A DNA stretch of 64,000 nucleotides from a virus. Lineage: Duplodnaviria; Caudoviricetes. The stretch lies in the IMG/VR virus record IMGVR_UViG_3300035208_002115; one strand, 5' to 3'. A program made the position numbers and the translations under genes. Numbering within the stretch: position 1 is the stretch's first letter; the number at the start of each line of letters is the position of its first letter. Below the pieces are notes generated by a model. The model was not told the origin of the DNA. It made no database searches and saw only the letters and a program-made list of their open reading frames with translations. This document shows positions 19,405-30,348 of the stretch, piece by piece.

Positions 19405-20208
19405 ATGGAATATCTAAAGACATTTGAATCTTTTTTATCTAAAGACATTAGAAAAGAGTTGGATAAATTGATAAAGAAAAGAAAAAATTTATTAAAATCA
19501 GATAAATCTGATAAAAGTATTAATAAATTGAATTCTGAAATTAAAGAATTAAAAGAAGATTTATTTTATCAGAATGATGATAAATACTATAAAAAATTTA
19601 TATCTCTTTCAAAAGAAAAAATTGAAGATTTGAAAAAGGAATACCGAGAATTAAAAAAAGAAGGTATCAAAAAGCTAAATGATGAATTGAAAGAAGAAGG
19701 TCATGAAGGTAGTATAACTGCAATAGACCTATCCGATAGTGAAATATTTTATTATTTAGATAAAGCGGAATCAGAAAAGTTTAATGAATATGCCAGAATA
19801 CTTGATTTTGTAGATGGTTATAAACCTAAAAAATCTAAAAAGGTGAATGAAAATGTTGAAACTTCTGACAAATTAATCAAAACAACATATCAAACAGTAA
19901 CACCAGAAAGTGCAGCTAAAGGTGGTTTTGAAGACCAAGGTTGGGAAGATGAAGAAGGTAAATCTATGTCACCTGATGAATATGATATAGAAGAAGGTGT
20001 AACTGCTATTGATAAAGCAGTTGAATTTTTAAAAGATAATGGTGCTAATGAACCATCATCATCACAGTTTAATACTGGTGTATGGTATTCAACTCCTGAT
20101 GGTGAAAAAAATTATACAACGGGAGAAGAAAAATTTCATAGTTTTCATTTAAAAGGTTTTACACCAGAGGAAGAAGAAGAAATTTACAATAGAATGAAAC
20201 TAAGATAA
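19405..20208 (+). CDS. Hypothetical protein with capsid-targeting-like N-terminus
   Basis: MEYLKTFESF; TTAATATATA at 19374-19383. Confidence 0.75.
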   Translation: MEYLKTFESFLSKDIRKELDKLIKKRKNLLKSDKSDKSINKLNSEIKELKEDLFYQNDDKYYKKFISLSKEKIEDLKKEYRELKKEGIKKLNDELKEEGHEGSITAIDLSDSEIFYYLDKAESEKFNEYARILDFVDGYKPKKSKKVNENVETSDKLIKTTYQTVTPESAAKGGFEDQGWEDEEGKSMSPDEYDIEEGVTAIDKAVEFLKDNGANEPSSSQFNTGVWYSTPDGEKNYTTGEEKFHSFHLKGFTPEEEEEIYNRMKLR

Positions 20209-20242
20209 AATACCAAAACAAATTTTTTTATAAATATATTTT

Positions 20243-20272
20243 AAAAATCCATCAAATTTTGGTGGATTTTTT
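20243..20272 (+). terminator. Intrinsic terminator
   Basis: AAAAATCCATCAAA / TTTGGTGGATTTTTT inverted repeat. Confidence 0.75.
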
Positions 20273-20283
20273 ATTTTAATTAA

Positions 20284-20310
20284 AAACAAAGCATCAATAA
20301 CTAAATATAA
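20284..20310 (+). promoter_or_regulatory. Putative middle promoter AAAC-N18-TATAA
   Basis: Upstream of the radical SAM gene. Confidence 0.6.
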
Positions 20311-20335
20311 TATGAAATTAAAATAATAAATCCGT

Positions 20336-21163
20336 ATGACAGAATTTAAAAGTTTCTATAAAAAAGTTGGTGGTAATGAAGGAAGTAAGTGTGTGTATAA
20401 CGAACGTCTTGATACTTATGGTTGTGGGTGTCAGCATGATTGTTCTTATTGTTACGCAAAAAGTTTATTAGAATTTCGCAATTTATGGAATGCTGAAACA
20501 CCTAAAGTTGCAGATATAAATAAAATAAAGAAAATTATACCAAAGTTGACAAAAACTATTCGGTTGGGTGGTATGACTGATTGTTTTCAGCCTTTAGAAC
20601 AAAAAGAAAAGGTAACATACAATACAATAAAATTATTAAATGCTGCTGATAAAAGTTATCTTATTGTAACCAAATCAGACTTAGTGGCGACTGATGAATA
20701 TGTTGAAATTTTAGATAAAAAATTGGCACACATACAAATATCAGTCACTTCTACTGGTGCAGAATTGTCCAGAAAAATGGAAAAGGCTGTGTTACCAGAA
20801 CGAAGATTAAAAGCTGTCGAAAAATTATCCGAGTTGGGATTTGATGTGACTATGAGATTGTCTCCATTTATACCAGAAATACAGGATGTGGATATTCTTA
20901 ATAATGTTAAATGTGATAAAGTCTTAGTTGAATTTTTACGAGTTAATCACTGGATTAAAAAATGGTTTGATATTAATTATGATTTATACACACTCAAAGA
21001 AGGTGGGTATAATCATTTACCACTGAATATAAAATTAGAATATTTGAAAATGTTAACTCATAAAAACATCTCAATATGTGAAGATGTTACTGAACATTAC
21101 GAATATTTTAAGAATAATATTAATCCAAATAAAACCGATTGTTGTAATTTAAATCAATATTAA
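20336..21163 (+). CDS. Radical SAM protein (SplB/Rv2578c-like)
   Basis: GCQHDCSYCYA (CX3CX2C), GGMTDCFQP, IVTKS, RLSPFIP. Confidence 0.88.
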   Translation: MTEFKSFYKKVGGNEGSKCVYNERLDTYGCGCQHDCSYCYAKSLLEFRNLWNAETPKVADINKIKKIIPKLTKTIRLGGMTDCFQPLEQKEKVTYNTIKLLNAADKSYLIVTKSDLVATDEYVEILDKKLAHIQISVTSTGAELSRKMEKAVLPERRLKAVEKLSELGFDVTMRLSPFIPEIQDVDILNNVKCDKVLVEFLRVNHWIKKWFDINYDLYTLKEGGYNHLPLNIKLEYLKMLTHKNISICEDVTEHYEYFKNNINPNKTDCCNLNQY

Positions 21164-21164
21164 T

Positions 21165-22823
21165 ATGTTTGTAAATTGTTTCGATTGTAACTGGAGTCAA
21201 GATGATTTCTGGGATTATCATATAAAATGGAAAAAGATTTTAAAATGGAGAAGTAGGCCGTTTGGTTATAATCCATTATCTATCTTATTGGAAGATATAG
21301 CCACTTATTGGTTTCCAAGAAAAATAAATATGGATTCATATTGGGCAAGAGAAAAAGGATTTAAAACAAATCGTGTCCATTCTTGGTGGTTTTTTAGAGA
21401 GGGGTTTAGACGATATAAAAAGGTTAAAAAAAGTATGGTATATAAAACATATGATGAATATGAAAAAGCAAGGAAATTGGGTAAAACTAAATGCCCAAAA
21501 TGTGGAAGTTACCATTTAGATGTTGATTAAAAAATATTTTTATTTTAATATATAATAGAAAATATTTTTTCTTATGAAACATCTCGAAACTAACATAAAT
21601 GAGTATTTGAATCTTTTTCAAAATAAACCACAAACTATTTCTGAATTATCTAAGGAAATAGAGATAAAGGTTTATAAGAATAATATTTCCAAATTATTTT
21701 CATTTGTTGGGGATGGTATTTGGGATGTTAAATTTATATCCCATAAAGATAAACATGATAAATATAAGAATGAAATAACTGTCAAATTTCACTCAGATTC
21801 TGGTATATCAAGTTCGGTGTGGGATAAAGTAAGAATGATATTAGATAAACTTAAAGGTGAAGGTGGTTTTGAAGATTATAATATTAATCAGGGTATTGAT
21901 AGTATAGTATTAATATTTAATTCTGACTTCCCAATGATAGAACATTAAATGTTTTAATTTTATGATTATAAATAATAAATTAACTTACCAAGAAGCAACC
22001 GACTTAATCAATATTTATATTACAAAAACTTTAAATGAAAAGGAACAAATTGATGATAAAGTTTTTAATCAATATATAGCTGACAAGTTCAAAAACATTT
22101 TAAAGTATTTAGAACTCGAATTGAACCATCCAGAAGAATTTGAAAAATACGGCTTTAAAATATTACCAATTATTCATGAATATTTTAATATTACATGGTT
22201 AGAAAAAAATGAATATTACGAAATATATCGTTTATATCATTTGTTGATAAACAATCATGATGATTATTTAAATTGTACATTAAAACTTATAAATATTAAA
22301 CTTAAATATTTAATTCAAAAATAAAAATATAGTTATGGATATATACGGAGATTATGAACAGACAAAAAAGATTAAATATAAATGTCCAGTTTGTCTAAGT
22401 GAAGATATAAAAGACATTAGCACATATAAAAGTAATGGTATTATAGGTTCGGGTTCTTCATCGTGGAAAACATCTGATTTAAGGGGTTGTAATAATTGTG
22501 GGGTTATATTTATGCCAACCAAAGGAAACACAATCGAATAAAATAATATATAATATCAAAATAAAAATCATAACATGAATTTTTTAAGTTGGATACCAAA
22601 TGAATATTTCAATCAAAATAACAATTCAAGTCTTGAATATTTTTATTACTATGAATTAATTGAAGAATATACACCTGAACATCCAGATTTTAATACGTGT
22701 CCTCTTAAATTAAGAAAAATATTAAAATGGGCGAAAATTTCAAACGGTGAACACACAGTAATTGTGGCTTGTAATGAACGGACTGATAGTACTATAATAA
22801 TTATGAAAAAAATATTAATATAA
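21165..22823 (+). CDS. Five hypothetical genes (21165-21530, 21574-21948, 21962-22324, 22335-22541, 22575-22823)
   Basis: Two carry CxxC pairs (zinc ribbons); 21574 starts MKHLETNINE after TTAATATATA at 21545. Confidence 0.6.
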
Positions 22824-22920
22824 TAGTTTAGCCTTTTATGGTCTCGGAATTTTTTGTAAAGCCTCTTGCATGATGCAACGTAACAAATGCCAAGGTGAAG
22901 ACGTTCACTATACTATTTTT

Positions 22921-22948
22921 AACTCATACTATCAAGTATGAGTTTTTT
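22921..22948 (+). terminator. Intrinsic terminator
   Basis: AACTCATACT-ATCA-AGTATGAGTT-TTTT. Confidence 0.8.
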
Positions 22949-23032
22949 ATTTTAAACAAAAAATATATTTTTATCTATAATAAATATTCAAATTAATAAA
23001 TATCTTTGATTAATTTTTTATAAACTAAATCT

Positions 23033-23212
23033 ATGAAATCAATTAAAAATTATTTTCATGAAGTAATATTCAATACATCTTGGGTATTCGTTGGATTAAT
23101 TGTATTCTGGGTTAATATTATTTCATTATTTTCCCACTCATTTTTTAATTATAAATTAAACTTGGGGATTTTATTATTGGTTTTATTATTTCATCTTTAC
23201 AAAAAGATTTAA
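23033..23212 (+). CDS. Small membrane protein (59 aa)
   Basis: Hand translation MKSIKNYFHEVIFNTSWVFVGLIVFW...; downstream of TATCTTTG (23001) and AAAC-N18-TATAA (22954). Confidence 0.6.
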   Translation: MKSIKNYFHEVIFNTSWVFVGLIVFWVNIISLFSHSFFNYKLNLGILLLVLLFHLYKKI

Positions 23213-23251
23213 TTATTCTAAAATCATTTATTATAAAATGAAAAATTTTTA

Positions 23252-24124
23252 ATGATAAGTAAGTTTACGCCATATGAATTTGAGTGTGAATTATATAAAC
23301 ATAATAATAAGTTAACTATTATAGGTGACTATAAATCGACTCATAAAAAATTATTTGTAAAAGATGAAGATGATATTATCTATTATATATCTCCTAAAGA
23401 ATTATTAAAGATAAAACACCCAACTATACGAACAGCTATAAATAAAACTAAAGCTTTTAATATTAAATTAAGTAAAATTTTACACGGTTATAAATTAATT
23501 GAATATACAGTTGGGAGTGTTAAATCTTTAGTAGTAGACGAGTTAGGAATAAAATATCTTGTAAAACCAGAAAGTTTATTAACAGGTTCTAAACCAACTT
23601 TAATCACCGCAATAGATAAAAATGACGCATTTAAAAAATTAGCTAAATGTATACACGGTGAAAAATATAATTATGATTTAGTTAATTATATAGGCAATAA
23701 AGTTGATGTTTTTATAATCTGTAAAAAATGTAACACAACATTTAAACAAAGACCTAATAATCATTTATGTGGACAGGGGTGTCCGAATTGCGTAAAATCA
23801 AGAGGTTGGTCTAAGAAAGAATGGTGTAAACACTCAAAAGATAAACAATGTACGTTTTATATAATAAAATGCTACAATAATGAAGAAGAATTTATAAAAT
23901 TTGGAATAACAACAAAAACAATTAAACATCGTTTCTTTTATAAGAAATATATGCCATATAATTATGATATAATATATAATGTTAATGGTTCACCCGAAGA
24001 TGTTTGGGATATGGAAAAGAAATTTGACAAGGAATTTAAGAAGTATAAATATACACCAAAATTTTATTTTAAAGGTTACACTGAATGTTATAATATAAAT
24101 GTTCAAAAATTTTTTGAAACATGA
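23252..24124 (+). CDS. Putative free-standing homing endonuclease (zinc-finger repeat plus GIY-YIG-like C-terminus)
   Basis: HG.KYNY, CKKC..F.Q.P.NHL.GQGCPNC, FYIIKC...IKFGIT...RF, GYTEC. Confidence 0.65.
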   Translation: MISKFTPYEFECELYKHNNKLTIIGDYKSTHKKLFVKDEDDIIYYISPKELLKIKHPTIRTAINKTKAFNIKLSKILHGYKLIEYTVGSVKSLVVDELGIKYLVKPESLLTGSKPTLITAIDKNDAFKKLAKCIHGEKYNYDLVNYIGNKVDVFIICKKCNTTFKQRPNNHLCGQGCPNCVKSRGWSKKEWCKHSKDKQCTFYIIKCYNNEEEFIKFGITTKTIKHRFFYKKYMPYNYDIIYNVNGSPEDVWDMEKKFDKEFKKYKYTPKFYFKGYTECYNINVQKFFET

Positions 24125-24589
24125 CACCTACACAATTGAGAGAGATAGGTACTATCGAATTACTGGAAATATTAAAAGTCAAAGGTAGGTGTATACATAG
24201 TGAGATTATTGCTAAGAAAGTTTTAAAAGAACTTAAAAGAAGATTGGGTGGTGAGATAGTATGGCATATTGAACTCGAAATGAATCATGTGTTATTAGGT
24301 GAAAGAGATGCTGAATTCAATGATAGTTGTGATGAATTAATTAATGCAATAAAAAATTTAAAACATGGAAACTAATAATATAGAATTTTATATTATTCTT
24401 CAGGAATTTAACAGTCCATTACTTAGTGATAACAGAAAAGTTATATCATCTGTTAAAAAGGATAAAGTTGTTATCATTAACAATGATGTTTGGATTGAAG
24501 ACAAAAGTCAGGGTGACGATGTATTTGTAAAACCCATATATAGTGTTGCTTTTGTTAGAATCAATAAAAAAATTTTCAAAAAACAGTAA
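24121..24589 (+). CDS. Two small hypothetical genes (24121-24375, 24365-24589)
   Basis: Overlapping start and stop codons. Confidence 0.55.
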
Positions 24590-24613
24590 TGTAATTCAAA
24601 AAAAAATTATTTT

Positions 24614-25474
24614 ATGTTCAGGGAAATAAACAATATTTATCTTTTAAATTTAGAAAAACGAGCTGACCGTTTAAATGATTGTATAATGCAATCATTAAAA
24701 TACGATTTCACACTTGATATAGTAAAGGGTGTGGACGGGGATGAACTGAATTTAAAAGAACTGTTGAAAAATAAAACTATTAATGATGAATTTTTTTCAC
24801 CAGATGGTCACCATCTTTCTATGGGTGTATACGGATGTGCGCTGTCACACTATAATGCATATTTGAAGATGATTCAAGATGATGTTGAAATGGCTTTAAT
24901 ATTCGAAGACGATTTTGTAATAAATACAATATTCAATGCCCAAAGGTATTATGAGAATATAAAGGAAGAAATATTTGCATCAGATTGGGATATATTATTC
25001 TTAGGTAAAAATAAAACCCACGTTGTAGGTGAACATATAACTGAGCATTTAATAAAGACCGATGAAAGTTGGGTTCATAAACCAGTCGATGAACGGGAAA
25101 TGGCAACAGCACCATTTCAACTTTGGGGCGCACATGCTTATATTGTAAGACGAAAAGCTGCTGAATATTTAATGGAAAACACATTACCCATCAGAATGCC
25201 AGCCGATGTGTGGTTACAATATCTTTCATACAAAAGTGACCTTAAAATATATTGCACTGACCATTCTATTGTTATGCAGAATTCTGAACACGAAGTAGAA
25301 AAAAGGGAATTGGAAGGATATGAATTTTCTTATCAGGAAGAAAAATTGATGATTGATTCAGATACCATCTGGAACAGAAATAAACGTGGTGATTTATATT
25401 GGTTACAAATGCCAGACTTTACTGAGTCAATAAGAAAAGATAAAGAATTTTTTGTATTTAAATTAAAGAAATAA
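24614..25474 (+). CDS. Glycosyltransferase family 25
   Basis: LNL..R.DR, GVDG, GCALSH, IFEDD, GAHAY, PAD. Confidence 0.9.
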   Translation: MFREINNIYLLNLEKRADRLNDCIMQSLKYDFTLDIVKGVDGDELNLKELLKNKTINDEFFSPDGHHLSMGVYGCALSHYNAYLKMIQDDVEMALIFEDDFVINTIFNAQRYYENIKEEIFASDWDILFLGKNKTHVVGEHITEHLIKTDESWVHKPVDEREMATAPFQLWGAHAYIVRRKAAEYLMENTLPIRMPADVWLQYLSYKSDLKIYCTDHSIVMQNSEHEVEKRELEGYEFSYQEEKLMIDSDTIWNRNKRGDLYWLQMPDFTESIRKDKEFFVFKLKK

Positions 25475-25476
25475 TT

Positions 25477-27373
25477 ATGGATATTGCAGGTAAATATGGT
25501 GAAAATGGTATTATAATTAACAAATTAGTACAACGAATTTTGTCTATTGTAGTAGTGCGTTATTTAATCAGCAAATTCACAATGAAAAATACAGGTAAAT
25601 GCTTATTTGTGGATAAAGTGAACGGTAGAGAAGTTTGGTTATACATCGACTGTTTCAAAAAAGAATATATGGCTCAATCAAAATGGGAAATGCGTTGTGA
25701 ACGTGCTTAATACCCCATAAATACTCATAAAAATGGAGAACTATATATTGTGAATACTTAAATATTGTATATCCAACTAAATAATTTTTTTAGTATTTTT
25801 TTTTCTATTATATTTGTAAAAAAAAATTATCTATATGTCTGAAAACGTACAAAAAATAAAAGAAGAAAATGCTGAGATAATGGAAATGCCTCTATTTAAA
25901 GATATGTATAGTAGATTGGTAGATGGTTATAAATACAAATCTCGGACAGATGATGAGTTAAAAGAAATAGCAAAATGTTTATATCATGGTAGTATCTTTA
26001 GTGATAGACATTTAGGTACACATAATCAACATATGCTTCCAAGCATCTTTATGCCCTTGGCTTTAGGTGCATTTCCAGATATAACATGGGACATGGAAAG
26101 CCGAGAAGGTAAAATTATTAATTTAATTTTATGTGATTTAGAACCAGAATATAATAAACGCAGGGATAAATATAAAAAGGATATAGGATTTATTTACGAA
26201 TACGTTAAAAACGCTGGCCCGATGGCTATCAACGGGTTTCCCATCTTCACATCCTTTAATATGTTATCAAAAAAAGATACAGATAGAATGTTCTTATATT
26301 ACGATAAATATAAAGAACTTCAAGAAAAAATAAATGACCAACTATGAGTAATACCGACAATGAACTCATATTTAAAAGTATTCAAAAAAGTCATTTAAGT
26401 GGTTGGTATTACGAATCACCCTATAAAACATTAGGTTGTATATTACACTGGTTGTGTGTATTTGGTTTAATTGAATTAAAAGAACAGACCATTATTACAA
26501 ATGATGAAATAATTTGTGACGGTGATATCATTCTTAAATATACATGGGACGACCAATTTCTCATGCCTGTTTTTCAAACAATAAATGCAGAATATTTTTT
26601 TATTGAAGAAAAGCAAATGATATTTATAGAACAAGCCAAATTAAAAGCTAATGTCGTATTGGAGCATTTGACGTTACCAGACAGGGGATTTAGGTTTTGG
26701 TCTCAGAATACTGATAATAATACAAAATTATATACAGGTGAAATAGTATATAGTCCAATATTATATACAGATGATAATGATGAAGCTATTCAATTTTCCA
26801 GATATACCAACTCTAAAGAAGTAGCATCATTTAGTGAAATGATGAAGTATTACAAAAATCTATATAAAAATTATTACGATGAAGAAGAAACAACGGATGA
26901 TATACTCGATTAATAATATATCTGAGGAACAAATAATGGTCATTGCAAAAGCATTGGATACTTATTGTAGACTTGGCCTGTTACAATTAGACCATGCAAT
27001 CATTGATGATATACGTTTTGGTGAAAATTTTGATTTTACAAAAAATCTAACAGCTATTGATAATCATATAACTGAAATAAAAAGATTAATTATACAAAAC
27101 AATTCCAAGGAATCAATAAAAGAAGCATCGTTGTTAGGTGATTTGAGAGGCTGGAGTTTGGGTATAACCAGTGATGGTGTACCTGAAAATGCTCTTAGAG
27201 CATATGAAATGAGTAAAGCTATTTATCATAAACGGTGGAAAGAAAATCCACCAAAACATTATTCTGTTGATGGTAATGAAGGTTTAAAGTTGACATCTGA
27301 TATGAGTATAGTTGTTGAAAGTGAGTCTGAAAGACAAGTTAAAATAAAAAATATATTAAATGATGCTGTTTAA
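25477..27373 (+). CDS. Four hypothetical genes (25477-25710, 25835-26347, 26344-26913, 26879-27373)
   Basis: TATATTTG at 25809 precedes 25835; the last ends ERQVKIKNILNDAV (tail motif). Confidence 0.65.
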
Positions 27374-27447
27374 TTTTTTTTTATAATAAATTATGAATAT
27401 TTTTGGTGAATTAATTGAAAGATTAAAACAATTGAAAAAAGATAAAA

Positions 27448-29151
27448 ATGGCTGAAGAACTTAACAATACGGGAGAACATCTATCACCAATAGAGATAGA
27501 AGATATATCATCTAAGGCACAAGTAGCTAAAGTGGTATCTGATATCATTCTTACTATTACAGGTCAACAAAAAGTTATTAAACGTAACATAATTCACCCA
27601 AAATTTGAGGCTGCAAATATTGAAATGCTTTCAACTGGTAATTTACCTTATTATGGTGAATTTAATTTGTTTGTTAATTTTCATGAAGCTAATATTGGCA
27701 CATGTGGTGTAAATGTTACCAGTACTGGTATGCACTTTTATTGGGATAGAGGGTTTGTAGATTCGTTAGAACCTAAAGAAGCCAACTTTTTACTTATTCA
27801 CGAAGATTGTCATTTACTATTTGACCACATTAAAAGAACTGTTGGTTATGACCAAAAATTAGCAAACATAGCCCAAGATATGATTATCAATCAAATCATA
27901 CATGATGATATCATGCAGTCATCTTCTCTGAAAGGTTTCATAACAATACCAGTAAGCCATGATGAATTCATTAAACGACCAGATGGAACATTTGTATTTG
28001 ATAAAAAAGGAAACACAATAAAGAATCCAAATTTTGGTCGTAATACTGCAATGTTTGTACCTAAGAAATATAAAGGTGTATTAATATTTGAAGAATTATA
28101 TGAGTGGTTAGTTGAAGAACTTCAAAAATATAAAGACCGTCAAAGGGGCGGTCAAAATAAAAAACAAAACCAGAATCAACAAAGTAACGGTAACCAAAAT
28201 GGTGACAAAAAAGGTAACCAAGATGGTCAAGGGGGTCAACAACAAGACCCCAATGGTAAAGGTAAACCTAACGGTGATGGTCAAGGTGGCAGTGACCAGC
28301 AAGATGACCAAAGTAATGACGGTAATGGAAACGATGGTCAACAAGATAAGCAAAATGGTAAAGGTAATAAACCTAATAATTGTGGTGAAGGTGGTAATGA
28401 ACCAGATTATGGCAATTACGGACAGAACGACCTTGATATGTGTCATCTTGACAAGATTTTTGAAGACCTCGACACATCTAAAGGTGAAACCTTAGATAGA
28501 CATTTAACTGATGAAGTTCCAGAAGAACTTAGAAAGGAAATCATTCGGGATATAATGGAAAACCTAAAGAGTCGTGGTTTGGAATCTGGTGAAATGGAAT
28601 CTATTCTTCAAAAATTGAGAAAATCAAGAAAAGATTATCTCAAAAAAATTAAGAGAGTTATCACCAACGAAATTTTTGGTTCGATTAAAGAAAAAACCAT
28701 AACTCGACCAAACAGACGTACTATTCAAGGATTAAAAGGTAAGAAAAAATATCAGAACTGTATTAATGCAATTCTTGATACATCTGGTTCTATGAGTGGT
28801 GAGTTTGAAAAGGTTTTGGCGTACATATTCCAGAATGATGTCAATATTAATTTGATTCAAATTGATACCCGTATTCAAGATGTTGTAAAAATAAAGAATA
28901 AAAAAGAACTTGAAAAAATGAGAATTAAAGGTCATGGGGGTACGACTATTCAACCATCTATTGACTATATTGTTGATAAAAAGAATGGACTTAATAAATA
29001 CAATACTATCATTCTGACTGATGGTTGCACTGATAGTTTGAATTTTAAGGGTGTAAAAGGTAAATCTTTAATATTATCAACATCCACAGAATGCCCCATT
29101 GATTATAATAATGGTCGTTTGAAACAAATTATAATTGAAAAGAATAGTTGA
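27448..29151 (+). CDS. DUF2201-like metallopeptidase plus vWA domain protein
   Basis: HEDCH (HExxH), NIAQDMIIN, G/N/Q-rich linker, DTSGS MIDAS, GGT, LTDG. Confidence 0.88.
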   Translation: MAEELNNTGEHLSPIEIEDISSKAQVAKVVSDIILTITGQQKVIKRNIIHPKFEAANIEMLSTGNLPYYGEFNLFVNFHEANIGTCGVNVTSTGMHFYWDRGFVDSLEPKEANFLLIHEDCHLLFDHIKRTVGYDQKLANIAQDMIINQIIHDDIMQSSSLKGFITIPVSHDEFIKRPDGTFVFDKKGNTIKNPNFGRNTAMFVPKKYKGVLIFEELYEWLVEELQKYKDRQRGGQNKKQNQNQQSNGNQNGDKKGNQDGQGGQQQDPNGKGKPNGDGQGGSDQQDDQSNDGNGNDGQQDKQNGKGNKPNNCGEGGNEPDYGNYGQNDLDMCHLDKIFEDLDTSKGETLDRHLTDEVPEELRKEIIRDIMENLKSRGLESGEMESILQKLRKSRKDYLKKIKRVITNEIFGSIKEKTITRPNRRTIQGLKGKKKYQNCINAILDTSGSMSGEFEKVLAYIFQNDVNINLIQIDTRIQDVVKIKNKKELEKMRIKGHGGTTIQPSIDYIVDKKNGLNKYNTIILTDGCTDSLNFKGVKGKSLILSTSTECPIDYNNGRLKQIIIEKNS

Positions 29152-29176
29152 TATTTAAAAATCTAATTTATTCAAT

Positions 29177-29692
29177 ATGAAAGCATTATATCTTTTAATT
29201 AAATTTTATTTTCGGACACATTTTCCGAGTATGTTTTCACCATATGTTAGTTTAAAACTAATATTAAGAGAAAATATAAATAACACAATCAATGTTATTA
29301 TTGATACATCTGGTTCTTGTATTATGCCAGAGTATAAAATTAGAAATGATTTTTTTAATATTTTATTTTATATTTTAAATAAAAAATATTCAATCAATCT
29401 TATTCAAATAGATACCCAGATAAATTCTATATCGACCTTAAAAGGATTTGAAGATTTATTAAATCTTAAATTAAGTGGTGGTTGTGGTACAAAATTACAA
29501 CCTGCCATAGATTATATTGTTGATTCACGAAACAGATTGAATACAAATTCGACTGTATTATTAACTGATTCATTATTCGATACTTTAAATTTCAAACATT
29601 ATCACAATAATGTCTTGATTGTCGTGGATGAAATAATCGAGAACCGTATAATTGGTAACTCAAAATTTGTTAAACAGGTTTTAAGTAAATAA
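29177..29692 (+). CDS. Stand-alone vWA domain, paralog of the upstream gene's C-terminus
   Basis: IDTSGS, INLIQIDT, QPAIDYIVD, LLTD match 27448-29151. Confidence 0.85.
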   Translation: MKALYLLIKFYFRTHFPSMFSPYVSLKLILRENINNTINVIIDTSGSCIMPEYKIRNDFFNILFYILNKKYSINLIQIDTQINSISTLKGFEDLLNLKLSGGCGTKLQPAIDYIVDSRNRLNTNSTVLLTDSLFDTLNFKHYHNNVLIVVDEIIENRIIGNSKFVKQVLSK

Positions 29693-29713
29693 ACCTCATT
29701 AATAAAAAATATT

Positions 29714-29747
29714 AAAATCCGAATTTTTATAAGCTCGGATTTTTTTT
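29714..29747 (+). terminator. Intrinsic terminator
   Basis: AAAATCCGA...TCGGATTTTTTT. Confidence 0.7.
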
Positions 29748-29793
29748 ATTCATGTATACCTTGTATTTTTGATATGAATTAAAAATATGTGAT

Positions 29794-30192
29794 ATGGAAA
29801 ATATAGAAAATATTTTAAGAAAGATAATCTTTACTGTAATGATTATAGTTGCATCGATATTGATATTTAATCAGTATGATATATCCCACAATCAGAAAAA
29901 AGGAACTACTACCAGTATGTTCAGCCAGATAATATTTAAAGGTGTTCCTAAAATATTCAAAGAAATTTTTAATAGTGGTATTAAGCAAGAAATAAAAGAA
30001 GGATATCAAATAATAAAAACTGATATTAAAGAGGGGAATAATGGTATCTACAATGATGTTGATTCCACTAAAATTAATTTGAAAAAAATAAATAATGAAA
30101 AAAATATTGAAAGTGAAGACGGTCTTGTAAGTGTTGAACCTGCTACTGAAAAAGAATTGAGAGAATATAATATATACATTGAAAAAAATTAA
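29794..30192 (+). CDS. Membrane-anchored hypothetical protein
   Basis: N-terminal hydrophobic helix. Confidence 0.6.
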   Translation: MENIENILRKIIFTVMIIVASILIFNQYDISHNQKKGTTTSMFSQIIFKGVPKIFKEIFNSGIKQEIKEGYQIIKTDIKEGNNGIYNDVDSTKINLKKINNEKNIESEDGLVSVEPATEKELREYNIYIEKN

Positions 30193-30348
30193 AAACTTTC
30201 TTTAATTTTTACGGTAATAAAATATTATTTACTTTATATTTGTATAGATGAAACACTTTTTAATTATACAATTTTTTTTCCTTAATTATAATACTTAATT
30301 TTATTGCTAATTAAAATAATTAAAATATAACTTCAAATATTAATACTT

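Noticed and set aside
28108-28495. Alternative-frame ORFs 28108-28446(-) and 28112-28495(+)
   Set aside because: Shadows of the low-complexity G/N/Q/D linker in the vWA gene.
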